Assembly (NCBI GenBank): GCA_900769815.1 | Contig: CAAGID010000011.1 | Location: 14,772-78,771 of the forward strand | From: Clostridia bacterium | Lineage (GTDB): Bacteria; Bacillota; Clostridia; Christensenellales; QALW01 | Reading direction: 5' to 3' | Length of the DNA stretch: 64,000 nucleotides | Shown here: in pieces, positions 53,788 to 62,945 of the stretch | How the letters are laid out: every line of letters starts with the position of its first letter | Numbering within the stretch: the first letter of the stretch is position 1 | Translations under genes and position numbers: made by a program | Notes under the pieces: model-generated | What the model saw: the letters and a program-made list of their open reading frames with translations, nothing else | What the model was told of the DNA's origin: nothing | The model's database searches: none

Positions 53788-55613
53788 TGTATTCACAAAC
53801 TTGCACACAAAAAAAGCCAAGTACTTTAAAAACAGTTATAACCGTAATATTGCTGATACTTTTTGTATTGGCTCTTTATGTTGCTTTTTCATTTATTTCC
53901 CCTGAAAACGCAACCTCTGCAGCCGGTGCCGCTTTGCTTGTTTCATTACTTATAGCATATTACGTTTTAAAGCCTTCATCAAGCAGTTACACCTATGAAA
54001 TTGATAATAATGTGCTTAACATTAAACAGATTTCAGGTAAAAGAATCGTTAAAGATTTAAAAATTAACAAATCAGATATTACTGACCTAAAAAAAGGTAA
54101 AGGCGGTATAAGATTATATTCTCAGGGAAATATCCCCTACACCTTTAGTGCGAATGGTAAATCATACACTTTTGCTCCTGATGAAAATATGCTTAATTAT
54201 CTTGAAAATACATCTTTTACTGATGCTTACATTGATACTAACTTTGATAATCTTATTGAAGAATTAAAAAAGGTTATTGCTATCCCTTCAGTAAAAGAAC
54301 CTGCTTTAGAAAATATGCCCTTTGGCAAACCCTGTGCAGACGTTCTTGCATATACCCTTAATCTTTGTGAAAGCTTTGGTATGAGAACGAAGAATCTTGA
54401 TAACTACTGCGGTTGGGCAGAAATCGGAGAAGGCGAAAAGCTTATTGCAATTCTTTGCCACTTAGACGTTGTTCCGGCAGGCGACGGTTGGAACACTGAC
54501 CCCTTTAAGGGAATTATAAAAGACGGCGAGCTTTTAGGCAGAGGTGCTATGGATGATAAAGGTCCTGCCATTGCCGCTATTTACAGTGTTGCCGCCATCA
54601 AGGAGAAGTTTAAAAATATTCCCGCAAGAGTAAGGGTCATTTTCGGTTGCGACGAAGAAAGCGGTTGGGGTTGTATGGAAAGATATGCAAAAACCGAGGA
54701 AATGCCCCATATGGCTTTTACTCCCGATGCTGAATATCCCGTCATCATTACTGAAAAAGGTATTGCACACTTCAGTATAAGCACAAGTCTTGAAGAAGGT
54801 GAATATCAGCTTTATTTAAATGGTGGGCTTAGAGCAAATATGGTACCTGACAAGGCTCAGGCAACAATTATCGGTAATATTGATAAGCTTTTTAGCGTTC
54901 TTAATAATTATGACGTGCATTCAAGAGGCTTAAGCTTTTCAACAAAAGGTAACGTTCTTGAAATTGAAGCGGTTGGCACAAGTGCACACGGTTCTACCCC
55001 CGAAAAAGGCAAAAATGCCTTCTTTGAACTCTTTAAATTCATTAAGGTTCTTGACCTTAAAGGCAGTCAAGGCGAATTTATTGATAATATGCTTTCCATA
55101 TTTACCGACAAATGTGACGGAAGCGGTGCAAACTTAAATATCAGCGACGAAATTTCAGGTAGTCTTTCATTAAATTTAGGTATGTGTTTTATAGGAAAAA
55201 ATGAATTTTATCCCGAAATGAATGATGATTCCTGTAAAATCGTTATTGATATCCGCTACCCCGTTTCATACGGTATTGAAGATATTTCTGCAAGACTTCA
55301 AGGGTCATTACCTTCCTCTTGGGAATGTGAAATCGAGCATCATCAGAATCCCCATCACGTAAATAAAGACTCTCTTCTTGTTAAAACATTACTTGAGGTT
55401 TACAAAAATTATACAGGCAGAGACGAAGCTCCCCTTGCTATAGGCGGCGGCACATATGCAAGAACTCTGCCCGGAAAAGCAGTTGCTTTCGGTGTTCAAT
55501 TTCTTGACAGACCTGACCGTTTGCATCAGCCTAACGAAGGTATCAATCTTGATGATTTAAAGATAAGTGCAAAAATGTTTGCAAGTGCTTTGGAAAAACT
55601 TATTTTCAGTTAA
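53787..55613 (+). CDS. membrane-anchored M20-family dipeptidase (PepV/Sapep-like) with ~150-aa 2-TM N-terminal module
   Basis: C-terminal 455 aa carry M20 motifs (LCHLDVVPAGDGW, GRGAMDDKGP, GCDEESG). The N-terminus has two TM helices plus a small beta-rich domain, in the same frame with no stop between them. Confidence 0.75.
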   Translation: MYSQTCTQKKPSTLKTVITVILLILFVLALYVAFSFISPENATSAAGAALLVSLLIAYYVLKPSSSSYTYEIDNNVLNIKQISGKRIVKDLKINKSDITDLKKGKGGIRLYSQGNIPYTFSANGKSYTFAPDENMLNYLENTSFTDAYIDTNFDNLIEELKKVIAIPSVKEPALENMPFGKPCADVLAYTLNLCESFGMRTKNLDNYCGWAEIGEGEKLIAILCHLDVVPAGDGWNTDPFKGIIKDGELLGRGAMDDKGPAIAAIYSVAAIKEKFKNIPARVRVIFGCDEESGWGCMERYAKTEEMPHMAFTPDAEYPVIITEKGIAHFSISTSLEEGEYQLYLNGGLRANMVPDKAQATIIGNIDKLFSVLNNYDVHSRGLSFSTKGNVLEIEAVGTSAHGSTPEKGKNAFFELFKFIKVLDLKGSQGEFIDNMLSIFTDKCDGSGANLNISDEISGSLSLNLGMCFIGKNEFYPEMNDDSCKIVIDIRYPVSYGIEDISARLQGSLPSSWECEIEHHQNPHHVNKDSLLVKTLLEVYKNYTGRDEAPLAIGGGTYARTLPGKAVAFGVQFLDRPDRLHQPNEGINLDDLKISAKMFASALEKLIFS

Positions 55614-55680
55614 AAAATTGTTGAAGAATATCGTTTTTTTTGTTATAATAATTAAATAACATATATTTTCGGAGTATAAG

Positions 55681-55866
55681 ATGTTTGATGTTGCTTTAGG
55701 AGATACCGTAATAACAAAAAAGAACCACCCTTGCGGAAGCAATAGTTGGGAATGTGTTAGGTGTGGTGCAGATATTAAACTTAAATGTCTTACTTGCGGA
55801 AGAATAATTATGCTGGACCGCGAAGAATGTATGAAACGCACAAAAAAAATTATTAAGGCGGAATAA
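55681..55866 (+). CDS. DUF951-family small protein (YyzM-like)
   Basis: GDTVITKKNHPCGSNSWECVRCGADIKLKCLTCGR is the DUF951 four-Cys pattern. Confidence 0.8.
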   Translation: MFDVALGDTVITKKNHPCGSNSWECVRCGADIKLKCLTCGRIIMLDREECMKRTKKIIKAE

Positions 55867-55868
55867 AA

Positions 55869-57041
55869 ATGTCAAGAAAGCGAAAAGAAAGCGAAGACTT
55901 TTTTAATTTATTTAATGTAGAAAACTTATTAAGTGACGAAAACTCAGACACTCAAGAAAATACTGAACAGGAATCTTCTGAAAATTTTATTTCCATTGCG
56001 TTTATGAAGGGTGAGTCTGTTGATGATTCCCCCAAAAAGGAGAAACTCAGCCCTGCCCAAACTACAATGTTTGAGTATGAGAATTTCTTTGAGCCTGAAA
56101 AAGATCTTAAAGAATATACTTTAGAGGGAGAAGAAGTTTCTCAGCAAGAAGCAAAATCCCCCATTGCGGAAGAAAGTTACGATGAAACTGAATCTCTTGT
56201 AAGTGAGGAAAATAAAGAATATACTGAGCCAATGCAAGAGTTTTTTATTGAAGAATTTTCTCAAAGCAATACCTTTGAAGAATCAGAAATAGTTTCAATG
56301 CTCGAAAATAATCCTCTTGATGCTGAGCAAACACCCCCTGATATTTATATTGAAGCCGATGATTCGAATATTTTTGACAATATTTTTTCTTTTGACGAAA
56401 TAAAAAAACTTACCCCCGAAAAATTTGAAACCCCTTACATTCACAAGGGTTCAAAAGGAGACCGCATTCGTTACAGACTTTTCTTACCTTCAAAAAGAAA
56501 CGCAAAATTAAACAGGTTAAAAAAGAATATGTTTAGTTGGATAATTACTATAATATCAGCTATCTTGATTGCTATAATCTTACGTTCCTATGTTTTTGTT
56601 ATAGCAACCGTAGACGGTCCCAGTATGTTGCCTACTTTAAGCAATAAAGAAAAATTATTTGTAACAAAATACACCTATAAATTCTCAGACTTTCAGCGTG
56701 GAGATATTGTAATCTGCAAATATGATTCCCCTGCATACCCCGACGTTTACGTTAAGAGAATTGTAGCTTTAAGCGGCGATATAGTAAGCATAGTTAATGG
56801 TAAGCTGATTGTTAACGACGAAATAATTGAGGAAGATTATATCCTTGAGCCAATGGTCTATGATATGGATCCGGTATACGTACACGAGGGCTACGTTTTT
56901 GTTATGGGTGATAATAGAAATAATTCAGCTGACAGCCGTAAGCCTTCCATTGGTGCTATAGAAGAAGACCTTATTATCGGCAAAGTACAATTCAGGATTT
57001 CTCCATTAAATAAAATGGGCTCGTTGGAGGAGAAAAAGTGA
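55869..57041 (+). CDS. lepB: signal peptidase I with ~220-aa acidic N-terminal extension
   Basis: S26 motifs: VDGPSMLPTL (catalytic Ser), VKRIVALSGD (Lys) and GDNRNNSADSR. They are preceded by one TM and a long Glu/Asp/Ser-rich region. Confidence 0.88.
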   Translation: MSRKRKESEDFFNLFNVENLLSDENSDTQENTEQESSENFISIAFMKGESVDDSPKKEKLSPAQTTMFEYENFFEPEKDLKEYTLEGEEVSQQEAKSPIAEESYDETESLVSEENKEYTEPMQEFFIEEFSQSNTFEESEIVSMLENNPLDAEQTPPDIYIEADDSNIFDNIFSFDEIKKLTPEKFETPYIHKGSKGDRIRYRLFLPSKRNAKLNRLKKNMFSWIITIISAILIAIILRSYVFVIATVDGPSMLPTLSNKEKLFVTKYTYKFSDFQRGDIVICKYDSPAYPDVYVKRIVALSGDIVSIVNGKLIVNDEIIEEDYILEPMVYDMDPVYVHEGYVFVMGDNRNNSADSRKPSIGAIEEDLIIGKVQFRISPLNKMGSLEEKK

Positions 57042-57886
57042 AATACCTTGTTCTTTCCGACATTCACGGTAACAACGTAGCTTTGGATGCCGTGCTTGAA
57101 AAAGTACCGAAAAACAGATATGATAAAATCCTCGTTCTCGGCGATAACGTAGGTGACGGTCCTTGTCCTGACAAGGTATTAAAGAGACTTACTGACCTTG
57201 ATGCAATTATGATCGCAGGAAACCGTGAAGATCTTGCAACACAGCATTTTAACGGTTTTCCCGAAACACAAGAGGCTCTTCAATGGAAGTTTATGCGTGA
57301 TTCTGTAGACTTTCTTGATTTAAGGCAACGTGATTTTATTGCAAAATTAAATAATCAACATACCGTTAAGGATGGAGATATTTCAATTAAAATGGTTCAC
57401 GGTTCGCCTTTTTCTGTAAGAGAACTGCTCTATTTAAACCAACCTAACCGACTTAATGAATGTCTTGATTCTATAAGCGAGAGCATCCTTTTATGCGGAC
57501 ATAATCATTTTCAGTTTGCTTACGTTGATCCTAATGATAAACTTGTCCTTAACCCGGGTTCTGTAGGTTTAAGTCAGAAAGGCGAAGCTTTCCGAGCTGA
57601 TTATGCTATTTTAAATATTCATCATAATCAGTATTCATTTGAGCTCAATCACACCTATTACGACGGCGAAAAAATCAGACAGGAATACATAGCCCGCAAT
57701 TTATGGGACAGCACCATATGGGGTCAGCTTGCTTTTAGAGAAATGAGTGAAGGAAAGACTTATATTGTCGGCTTTGCAAGATTCGTTTATAACCTGGCAA
57801 AATCAAAAAATGCTTCAACGCACCCTCTTGATGATTCGATATGGCTTGAAGCCTCTGCAAAATGGGATTGGAGTTGTGTAAAATAA
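57038..57886 (+). CDS. metallophosphoesterase family protein
   Basis: LVLSDIHGN, LGDNVGDG, GNRE and CGHNH motifs. Confidence 0.85.
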   Translation: MKYLVLSDIHGNNVALDAVLEKVPKNRYDKILVLGDNVGDGPCPDKVLKRLTDLDAIMIAGNREDLATQHFNGFPETQEALQWKFMRDSVDFLDLRQRDFIAKLNNQHTVKDGDISIKMVHGSPFSVRELLYLNQPNRLNECLDSISESILLCGHNHFQFAYVDPNDKLVLNPGSVGLSQKGEAFRADYAILNIHHNQYSFELNHTYYDGEKIRQEYIARNLWDSTIWGQLAFREMSEGKTYIVGFARFVYNLAKSKNASTHPLDDSIWLEASAKWDWSCVK

Positions 57887-57888
57887 TA

Positions 57889-57917
57889 GGTTCAGCACTT
57901 AGCTGAACCGTTTTTTT
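57889..57917 (+). terminator. rho-independent terminator
   Basis: GGTTCAGC-ACTTA-GCTGAACC followed by GTTTTTTT. Confidence 0.85.
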
Positions 57918-57921
57918 AGAT

Positions 57922-58872
57922 ATGAAAATAGGAAATATAAAATTAAAAAACAAGTTAATACTTGCCCCTATGGCAGGAGTTACCGACAGTATTTACAGAA
58001 AACTCTGTTATGACTTCGGTGCTGCACTTACCGTAACTGAAATGGTAAGTGCAAAGGGTCTTTTTTATTCCAGCGAAGCAACAGGTGATTTACTTGAACC
58101 ATCGGGTACTTATCCTGAAGCGGCACAGATATTTGGAAACGACCCTGAAATAATGGCTAAAGAGCTTTCTCATCCTTTTTTTAAACCTTTTGATATTATC
58201 GATATAAATATGGGTTGCCCTGCAAGAAAGATAGTTACAAACTTTGAAGGTAGTGCTTTAATGAAGGATATTCCCCTTGCAAAGGAAATCGTTGCAGCTT
58301 GTGTAAAGTCAGCGGATAAACCCGTAACTGTTAAATTCCGTGCAGGGTGGGATTACTTTTGTGCAGATAAAATGGCAAAGGCCTGTGAAGAAGCAGGAGC
58401 AAGTGCCGTTACTATACACGCAAGAACTACTATGCAGGCTTATAGCGGAAAAGCTGACCTTGACGCCATAAAACGGGTTAAAGAGAGCGTTAGTATTCCC
58501 GTTATCGGTAACGGCGATGTTACAGGCGGTGTATCTGCAAAAAAGATGCTCGAATATACCCGTTGTGATGCTATAATGATTGGAAGAGCCGCTCAGGGCA
58601 GACCTTGGATTTTTAGCGAAATAAACGCTTTTCTTAATAACGAGTCCTTTTCTCTTTCACATAGAAAAAAACTTGATATTGCTCTTGAACACGGACTTAA
58701 TCTTATAAAATTAAAGGGCGAGCATACCGCGATGCTTCAGATGCGAAAGCATATGGCCTGGTATACTCACGGTATGCGTAATGCCTCTAAAATCAGAAGC
58801 AGTATAACAAATTTAAAAACGGTCAAAGATCTTATTAATCTTATTGATGAATTGAAAACTATGGATTCTTAA
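57922..58872 (+). CDS. dusB: tRNA-dihydrouridine synthase
   Basis: LAPMAGVTDSIYR..., DINMGCPARK..., HARTTMQAYSGKAD. Confidence 0.92.
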   Translation: MKIGNIKLKNKLILAPMAGVTDSIYRKLCYDFGAALTVTEMVSAKGLFYSSEATGDLLEPSGTYPEAAQIFGNDPEIMAKELSHPFFKPFDIIDINMGCPARKIVTNFEGSALMKDIPLAKEIVAACVKSADKPVTVKFRAGWDYFCADKMAKACEEAGASAVTIHARTTMQAYSGKADLDAIKRVKESVSIPVIGNGDVTGGVSAKKMLEYTRCDAIMIGRAAQGRPWIFSEINAFLNNESFSLSHRKKLDIALEHGLNLIKLKGEHTAMLQMRKHMAWYTHGMRNASKIRSSITNLKTVKDLINLIDELKTMDS

Positions 58873-59692
58873 TTAAGTCCTTTAATGTGATGCAATTATT
58901 TTTCAAAACACCGTCAAATAGCTGTTTTTCGGTAAAAAACCCGCAAAAGTTTTCCTTTTCATCAACTGTCAATACGCAAAAGAAATTACTGCCGTTAAAT
59001 TTTTTTAGAACATCTGTTGCTTTTTCGTTTTTATACACCTTGATTATTTTAACGTTTTCATTTTTCCAATATTTTTCCCTGAAGATTTCTCTTCGGGGTT
59101 TTTTTATTGTTTTAATTGACGCCGTAAGCATAAATAAAGCCATAACAATGCCACTACTGTGTTTTACAAAAATTATGTCAAAAACACATTTAAGAAAATA
59201 TAACGTTGAAAAGCTGATACCTACCCACACTGCACCCTTTCTTCCTTTTTCTTCGCCCCATATACCTTTAAAAACAGCCATAAGTATTCTACCACCATCA
59301 AGTGGATATATGGGAAGCAAGTTTATAAGTGCGATATTATAGGAAAATGACGTAAATTCTCCCCACGACGGAAAAATCCCTGCATTGTGCCCTTTTTCCC
59401 ATAAAAAGGCACTTATTAGGCTTATAAAGGGTCCTGCCGAGGCAACAATAGCCTCAAGAACATAATTATCCTCTATACCCCTTATTTTTGCTTCTCCGCC
59501 AAAGGGAAATAATTCAATACTCTCGGTATGAAAACCAAACAAAAATGCGACGAATGCGTGAAAAAACTCGTGAAGCAAAATTGCAAAGGATATCGTTATA
59601 AATTCAAATAACTGTCCGCCGTAAAGCCACAGAATGCACAAAAGAATATAATAAAAATTTATTTTTATCTTTACGTTATTTATTCTCAGCAA
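58859..59692 (-). CDS. spoIVFB: M50 site-2 metalloprotease, SpoIVFB-like, with C-terminal CBS-like domain
   Basis: HEFFHAF (HExxH) and NLLPIYPLDGGRIL motifs in a polytopic membrane protein. It lies downstream of a SpoIVFA-like gene. Confidence 0.8.
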   Translation of the reverse strand: MLRINNVKIKINFYYILLCILWLYGGQLFEFITISFAILLHEFFHAFVAFLFGFHTESIELFPFGGEAKIRGIEDNYVLEAIVASAGPFISLISAFLWEKGHNAGIFPSWGEFTSFSYNIALINLLPIYPLDGGRILMAVFKGIWGEEKGRKGAVWVGISFSTLYFLKCVFDIIFVKHSSGIVMALFMLTASIKTIKKPRREIFREKYWKNENVKIIKVYKNEKATDVLKKFNGSNFFCVLTVDEKENFCGFFTEKQLFDGVLKNNCITLKDLIKNP

Positions 59693-60221
59693 AATTCAGA
59701 TACTCCAATGGGTCAAGTGCCACACAATTTTCATAAAGCTTATAAGTCATTTCGCCTTTAGCATAACCTACTGTATCGCCCTTTTTAACGGGTTCACCGC
59801 ATTTTAATAAACAGGTTACGCCATAGTAACTGCTTAATTTACCGTCAGGATGCCTTATTGTTATTTTACCATTTTCATTACTTTCAATTTTGCCGTCGGC
59901 AGTTGCACAGACACTTTCAAATGCATTGCAATAAATAACAATACATTTTTCGCCCAGAATTTCTTTTAATGAAAATTCTCCACTGCAAGGCATTGTCATT
60001 GAAGTTATATTTACCGATGACGATACTGTTGTATCCTTATCTTCTTCATCTAAAAAGAATACCTGTCCCAGGGTTTCTTTAATTTTAAAATCTTCCTGCA
60101 GGCTGATTTCTATACCTTTTTTAAGCGTTTCGCCCTTTTTATTGAATAATATAAATGTAGAAAAGCCCAATATAATCAATAAAAATACTATAAAAAATGA
60201 TTTGTTTTTAAAAAATTTCAT
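59676..60221 (-). CDS. membrane-anchored degenerate M23/LytM-domain protein (SpoIVFA-like)
   Basis: N-terminal TM. C-terminal segment GKITIRHPDGKLSSYYGVTCLLKCGEPVKKGDTVGYA is LytM-like but lacks the HxxxD/HxH metal ligands. It overlaps spoIVFB by 17 nt. Confidence 0.6.
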   Translation of the reverse strand: MKFFKNKSFFIVFLLIILGFSTFILFNKKGETLKKGIEISLQEDFKIKETLGQVFFLDEEDKDTTVSSSVNITSMTMPCSGEFSLKEILGEKCIVIYCNAFESVCATADGKIESNENGKITIRHPDGKLSSYYGVTCLLKCGEPVKKGDTVGYAKGEMTYKLYENCVALDPLEYLNFAENK

Positions 60222-60271
60222 AAAAAAATACCCCCAAGCAATATATATGCCTGAGGGTATACAAATAATAC

Positions 60272-61417
60272 TTAATCAGATGTAAAAGGCTGAATAGGTC
60301 TGTTCATACAAACACTTTCAACTAAGCCTATGGCTATCATATTAGCAAGCATACTTGAACCGCCATAAGAAATAAAGGGAAGCGGTATTCCCGTAATGGG
60401 CATTATGCCTATTACCATACCGATATTTTCAAATATATGGAACATAAACATTGCCATAACGCCTACGATTATCATTTTGCCGTAACGGTCGCTTGCCTTA
60501 TACTGCAAAAGATGCCACATTCTTACTTCCATTGCAACATAGAGACCAATAAGTACAAGTGCTCCTAAAAACCCCATCGACTCGCCTATTGCGGCAAAAA
60601 TAAAGTCCGTATGTATAGCAAATATTCCGCCTGACTGGCTTATGGAATCTGCACCTAAAATACCCTTACCAAAAAACTTACCTGAGCTTATTGCAATTTT
60701 TGCATATTTAAGCTGGGCAACTTCCTCTCCGCCGATAAAGTTAAGTATTCGGCTTTGCTGTTTCTCTCCTAAAATAAACCACACGGCAACGCACGCCGCC
60801 GCACCTACGCCAAGAACTATTAAAATGTGCTTCCATCTCATTCCGCCGGTAAAAAGCATTACGATAAAAATAAAAACGTAAACAAGGGATGTACCAACGT
60901 CCATCTGCGTCATCAATGCAGCAAGAAAAATAAACATTGCACCGAAGGTTAATAGCAAATCTTTAAAATGCTCAAGAGATTCTTTTTGGGCAATAGTTTT
61001 TGCCAAAATAAGAATAAGCCCCAATTTACCGATTTCCGTAGGCTGAAAATAAAAGCCTTCGCTTATTTTTATCCAACCTCTCGTACCGCCCTGCTCAACA
61101 CCGAAAAAGCCGGTAAACACGATAAGACCTACACATACGCCAAGTACTATATACCATATTTTTGAATAAATATGATAGTCGAGCATAGCAACGCACACAA
61201 GTGCTGCAAAACCTACGCCTATCCACATTGCGTGCTTTTTTACCGTTGCAAAGTTAAGACGGGACAAAGTATCCAACAGATCTGCTTCCTCACTGCCCGT
61301 TGTTGCATCCGCAAGTGCCGCAAGGATGGAAACAAGACCAAAGACACATATTGCACCCACTATAATAAGCAGAACGTACTCGATATTATGCAGTTTTCGT
61401 TTATCAAAAAGCCACAT
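60272..61417 (-). CDS. rodA: FtsW/RodA/SpoVE-family SEDS glycosyltransferase
   Basis: 10-TM SEDS pattern with the C-terminal GIPLPFISYGGSSMLANMIAIGL. Confidence 0.88.
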   Translation of the reverse strand: MWLFDKRKLHNIEYVLLIIVGAICVFGLVSILAALADATTGSEEADLLDTLSRLNFATVKKHAMWIGVGFAALVCVAMLDYHIYSKIWYIVLGVCVGLIVFTGFFGVEQGGTRGWIKISEGFYFQPTEIGKLGLILILAKTIAQKESLEHFKDLLLTFGAMFIFLAALMTQMDVGTSLVYVFIFIVMLFTGGMRWKHILIVLGVGAAACVAVWFILGEKQQSRILNFIGGEEVAQLKYAKIAISSGKFFGKGILGADSISQSGGIFAIHTDFIFAAIGESMGFLGALVLIGLYVAMEVRMWHLLQYKASDRYGKMIIVGVMAMFMFHIFENIGMVIGIMPITGIPLPFISYGGSSMLANMIAIGLVESVCMNRPIQPFTSD

Positions 61418-61479
61418 ATAAACTCCAAATAAAAATTTATTTAGTTTATTATATCACACTTTAAAAAAACTTTCAACAA

Positions 61480-61725
61480 TTATATGGCTCTAAAGGTTTT
61501 AACCGGCATTCTTGCGCAAAGACACGCTCCGTTATCAATCCTTTCTATTTTTACTGAGATATTTTCATAATCAGGTTCAATATATTTTATTGCCGCAGAA
61601 ATAATATCGGCAGTCATTTTTAATAAAAACTCTGCAGACACGTTTGCCCTGTCCCTTGATATTACCGCCTGCAATCTTTGCTTTGCCGCTTTCCTGCTGT
61701 TACTCCTTTTAAAAAATCCAAACAT
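61480..61725 (-). CDS. minE: cell division topological specificity factor MinE
   Basis: MFGFFKRSNSRKAAKQRLQAVISRDR. Start at the ATG following GAGGAGGA. Confidence 0.88.
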   Translation of the reverse strand: MFGFFKRSNSRKAAKQRLQAVISRDRANVSAEFLLKMTADIISAAIKYIEPDYENISVKIERIDNGACLCARMPVKTFRAI

Positions 61726-61739
61726 ACCCGTTTTCCTCC

Positions 61740-62534
61740 TCACACAGCCGTCTTTTTAAAAAATAACTTATCTATAATAGCACTTAACGGTCGATTTTCG
61801 GATATAGGTATTTTTTCTCCTATTATACGTTTTGCAATATTTTCATATTCTTTACCTGCTTTGCTTGTAGGAATATTTACTACCGCTTCGCCAAGATTTG
61901 TTCCCCGCACGATACTTGCATCATCTCTTACCGCACCTATGGCTTTCTGCCCTAAAATATCCTCAACGTCTTCTAAGGTTAGCATATCACCGCTTCTGAT
62001 AAGCTCAGGCTTAATTCTGTTTACAATAAGATTGACTTTACTTATTCCATTTGCCGCCATAAGCCCTATTACCCTATCGGCATCACGTACGGATGAAACT
62101 TCGGGCGTACATACAACCAGAGCCTCATCAGCTCCTGCGATGGCATTTTTAAAGCCTTGTTCAATTCCTGCAGGGCAATCAAGTAAAATAAAATCATACT
62201 GATTTTTTAATTCGGATAACAACCATTTCATTTGCTCTTCCGTTATTGCTTCCTTGGCTTTTGTCTGGCTTGCAGGCATCAGCGAGAGATGTTCGTTACG
62301 CTTGTCCCTTATAATTGCCTGTTTTATGCGACACTTATTTTCAATTACGTCAACAATATCAAAAACTATTCTGTTTTCAAGCCCCAATACCGTATCGAGA
62401 TTTCTTAAGCCTAAATCAGTATCAATTAAGAGGACTTCTTTATTGAGCTTTGCAAGAGCACAGCCTATATTTGCACAAGCGGTTGTTTTTCCTACACCTC
62501 CTTTACCTGACGTTACAACAATAATCCTTCCCAT
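61740..62534 (-). CDS. minD: septum site-determining ATPase MinD
   Basis: Deviant Walker A TSGKGGVGKTT and a C-terminal amphipathic helix (IIDKLFFKK). Start at the ATG following GAGGTGGG. Confidence 0.93.
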   Translation of the reverse strand: MGRIIVVTSGKGGVGKTTACANIGCALAKLNKEVLLIDTDLGLRNLDTVLGLENRIVFDIVDVIENKCRIKQAIIRDKRNEHLSLMPASQTKAKEAITEEQMKWLLSELKNQYDFILLDCPAGIEQGFKNAIAGADEALVVCTPEVSSVRDADRVIGLMAANGISKVNLIVNRIKPELIRSGDMLTLEDVEDILGQKAIGAVRDDASIVRGTNLGEAVVNIPTSKAGKEYENIAKRIIGEKIPISENRPLSAIIDKLFFKKTAV

Positions 62535-62663
62535 AATACCCACCTCAATTTTTATTTTCATCCTCTATAATACAGCATTTAAAAAAATAATAAAGAAATG
62601 TTTTTGTCGAAAAGACTAATATGACAAACTTAGTAAAAAGAATACAAAAAACACATTGTAAAA

Positions 62664-62692
62664 TTGACAAAAAGAACAAATACTTGTATAAT
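62664..62692 (+). promoter_or_regulatory. candidate promoter of DUF1858-rpiB-yhcH operon
   Basis: TTGACA, 17 nt, TATAAT. Confidence 0.6.
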
Positions 62693-62726
62693 AACTTTAT
62701 AACAAAACAACAGAAGGAGAATTTTT

Positions 62727-62945
62727 ATGAAACAGGCAACAAAGCAGAATACCATTGGCGAAATTCTTGAAATGAATGATGAAATTGTGGCTCTTTTTTT
62801 AGGTCACGGTATGTTCTGTGTACACTGTCCCAGTGCTCAGCACGAGACCTTGGAGGAAGCGTGTATGGTGCACAATATTGATTGTGATGCTCTTTTAGAG
62901 CTTATAAATAAATTTCTTGCAGCAGACGAGGAGGAAACAAAATGA
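62727..62945 (+). CDS. DUF1858-domain small protein
   Basis: TIGEILEMNDEIVALFLGHGMFCVHCPSAQHETLEEAC is the DUF1858/ScdA_N-like pattern. Confidence 0.75.
   Translation: MKQATKQNTIGEILEMNDEIVALFLGHGMFCVHCPSAQHETLEEACMVHNIDCDALLELINKFLAADEEETK

Noticed and set aside
60222-60271. A hairpin (TACCCTCAGG...CTTGGGGGTA followed by TTTTTTT) that ends directly at the ATG of the SpoIVFA-like gene, considered as a possible RBS-sequestering regulatory element.
   Set aside because: The simplest reading is an ordinary, possibly leaky, terminator after rodA. The G-run in its 3' arm doubling as an SD is plausible but cannot be tested from sequence alone.
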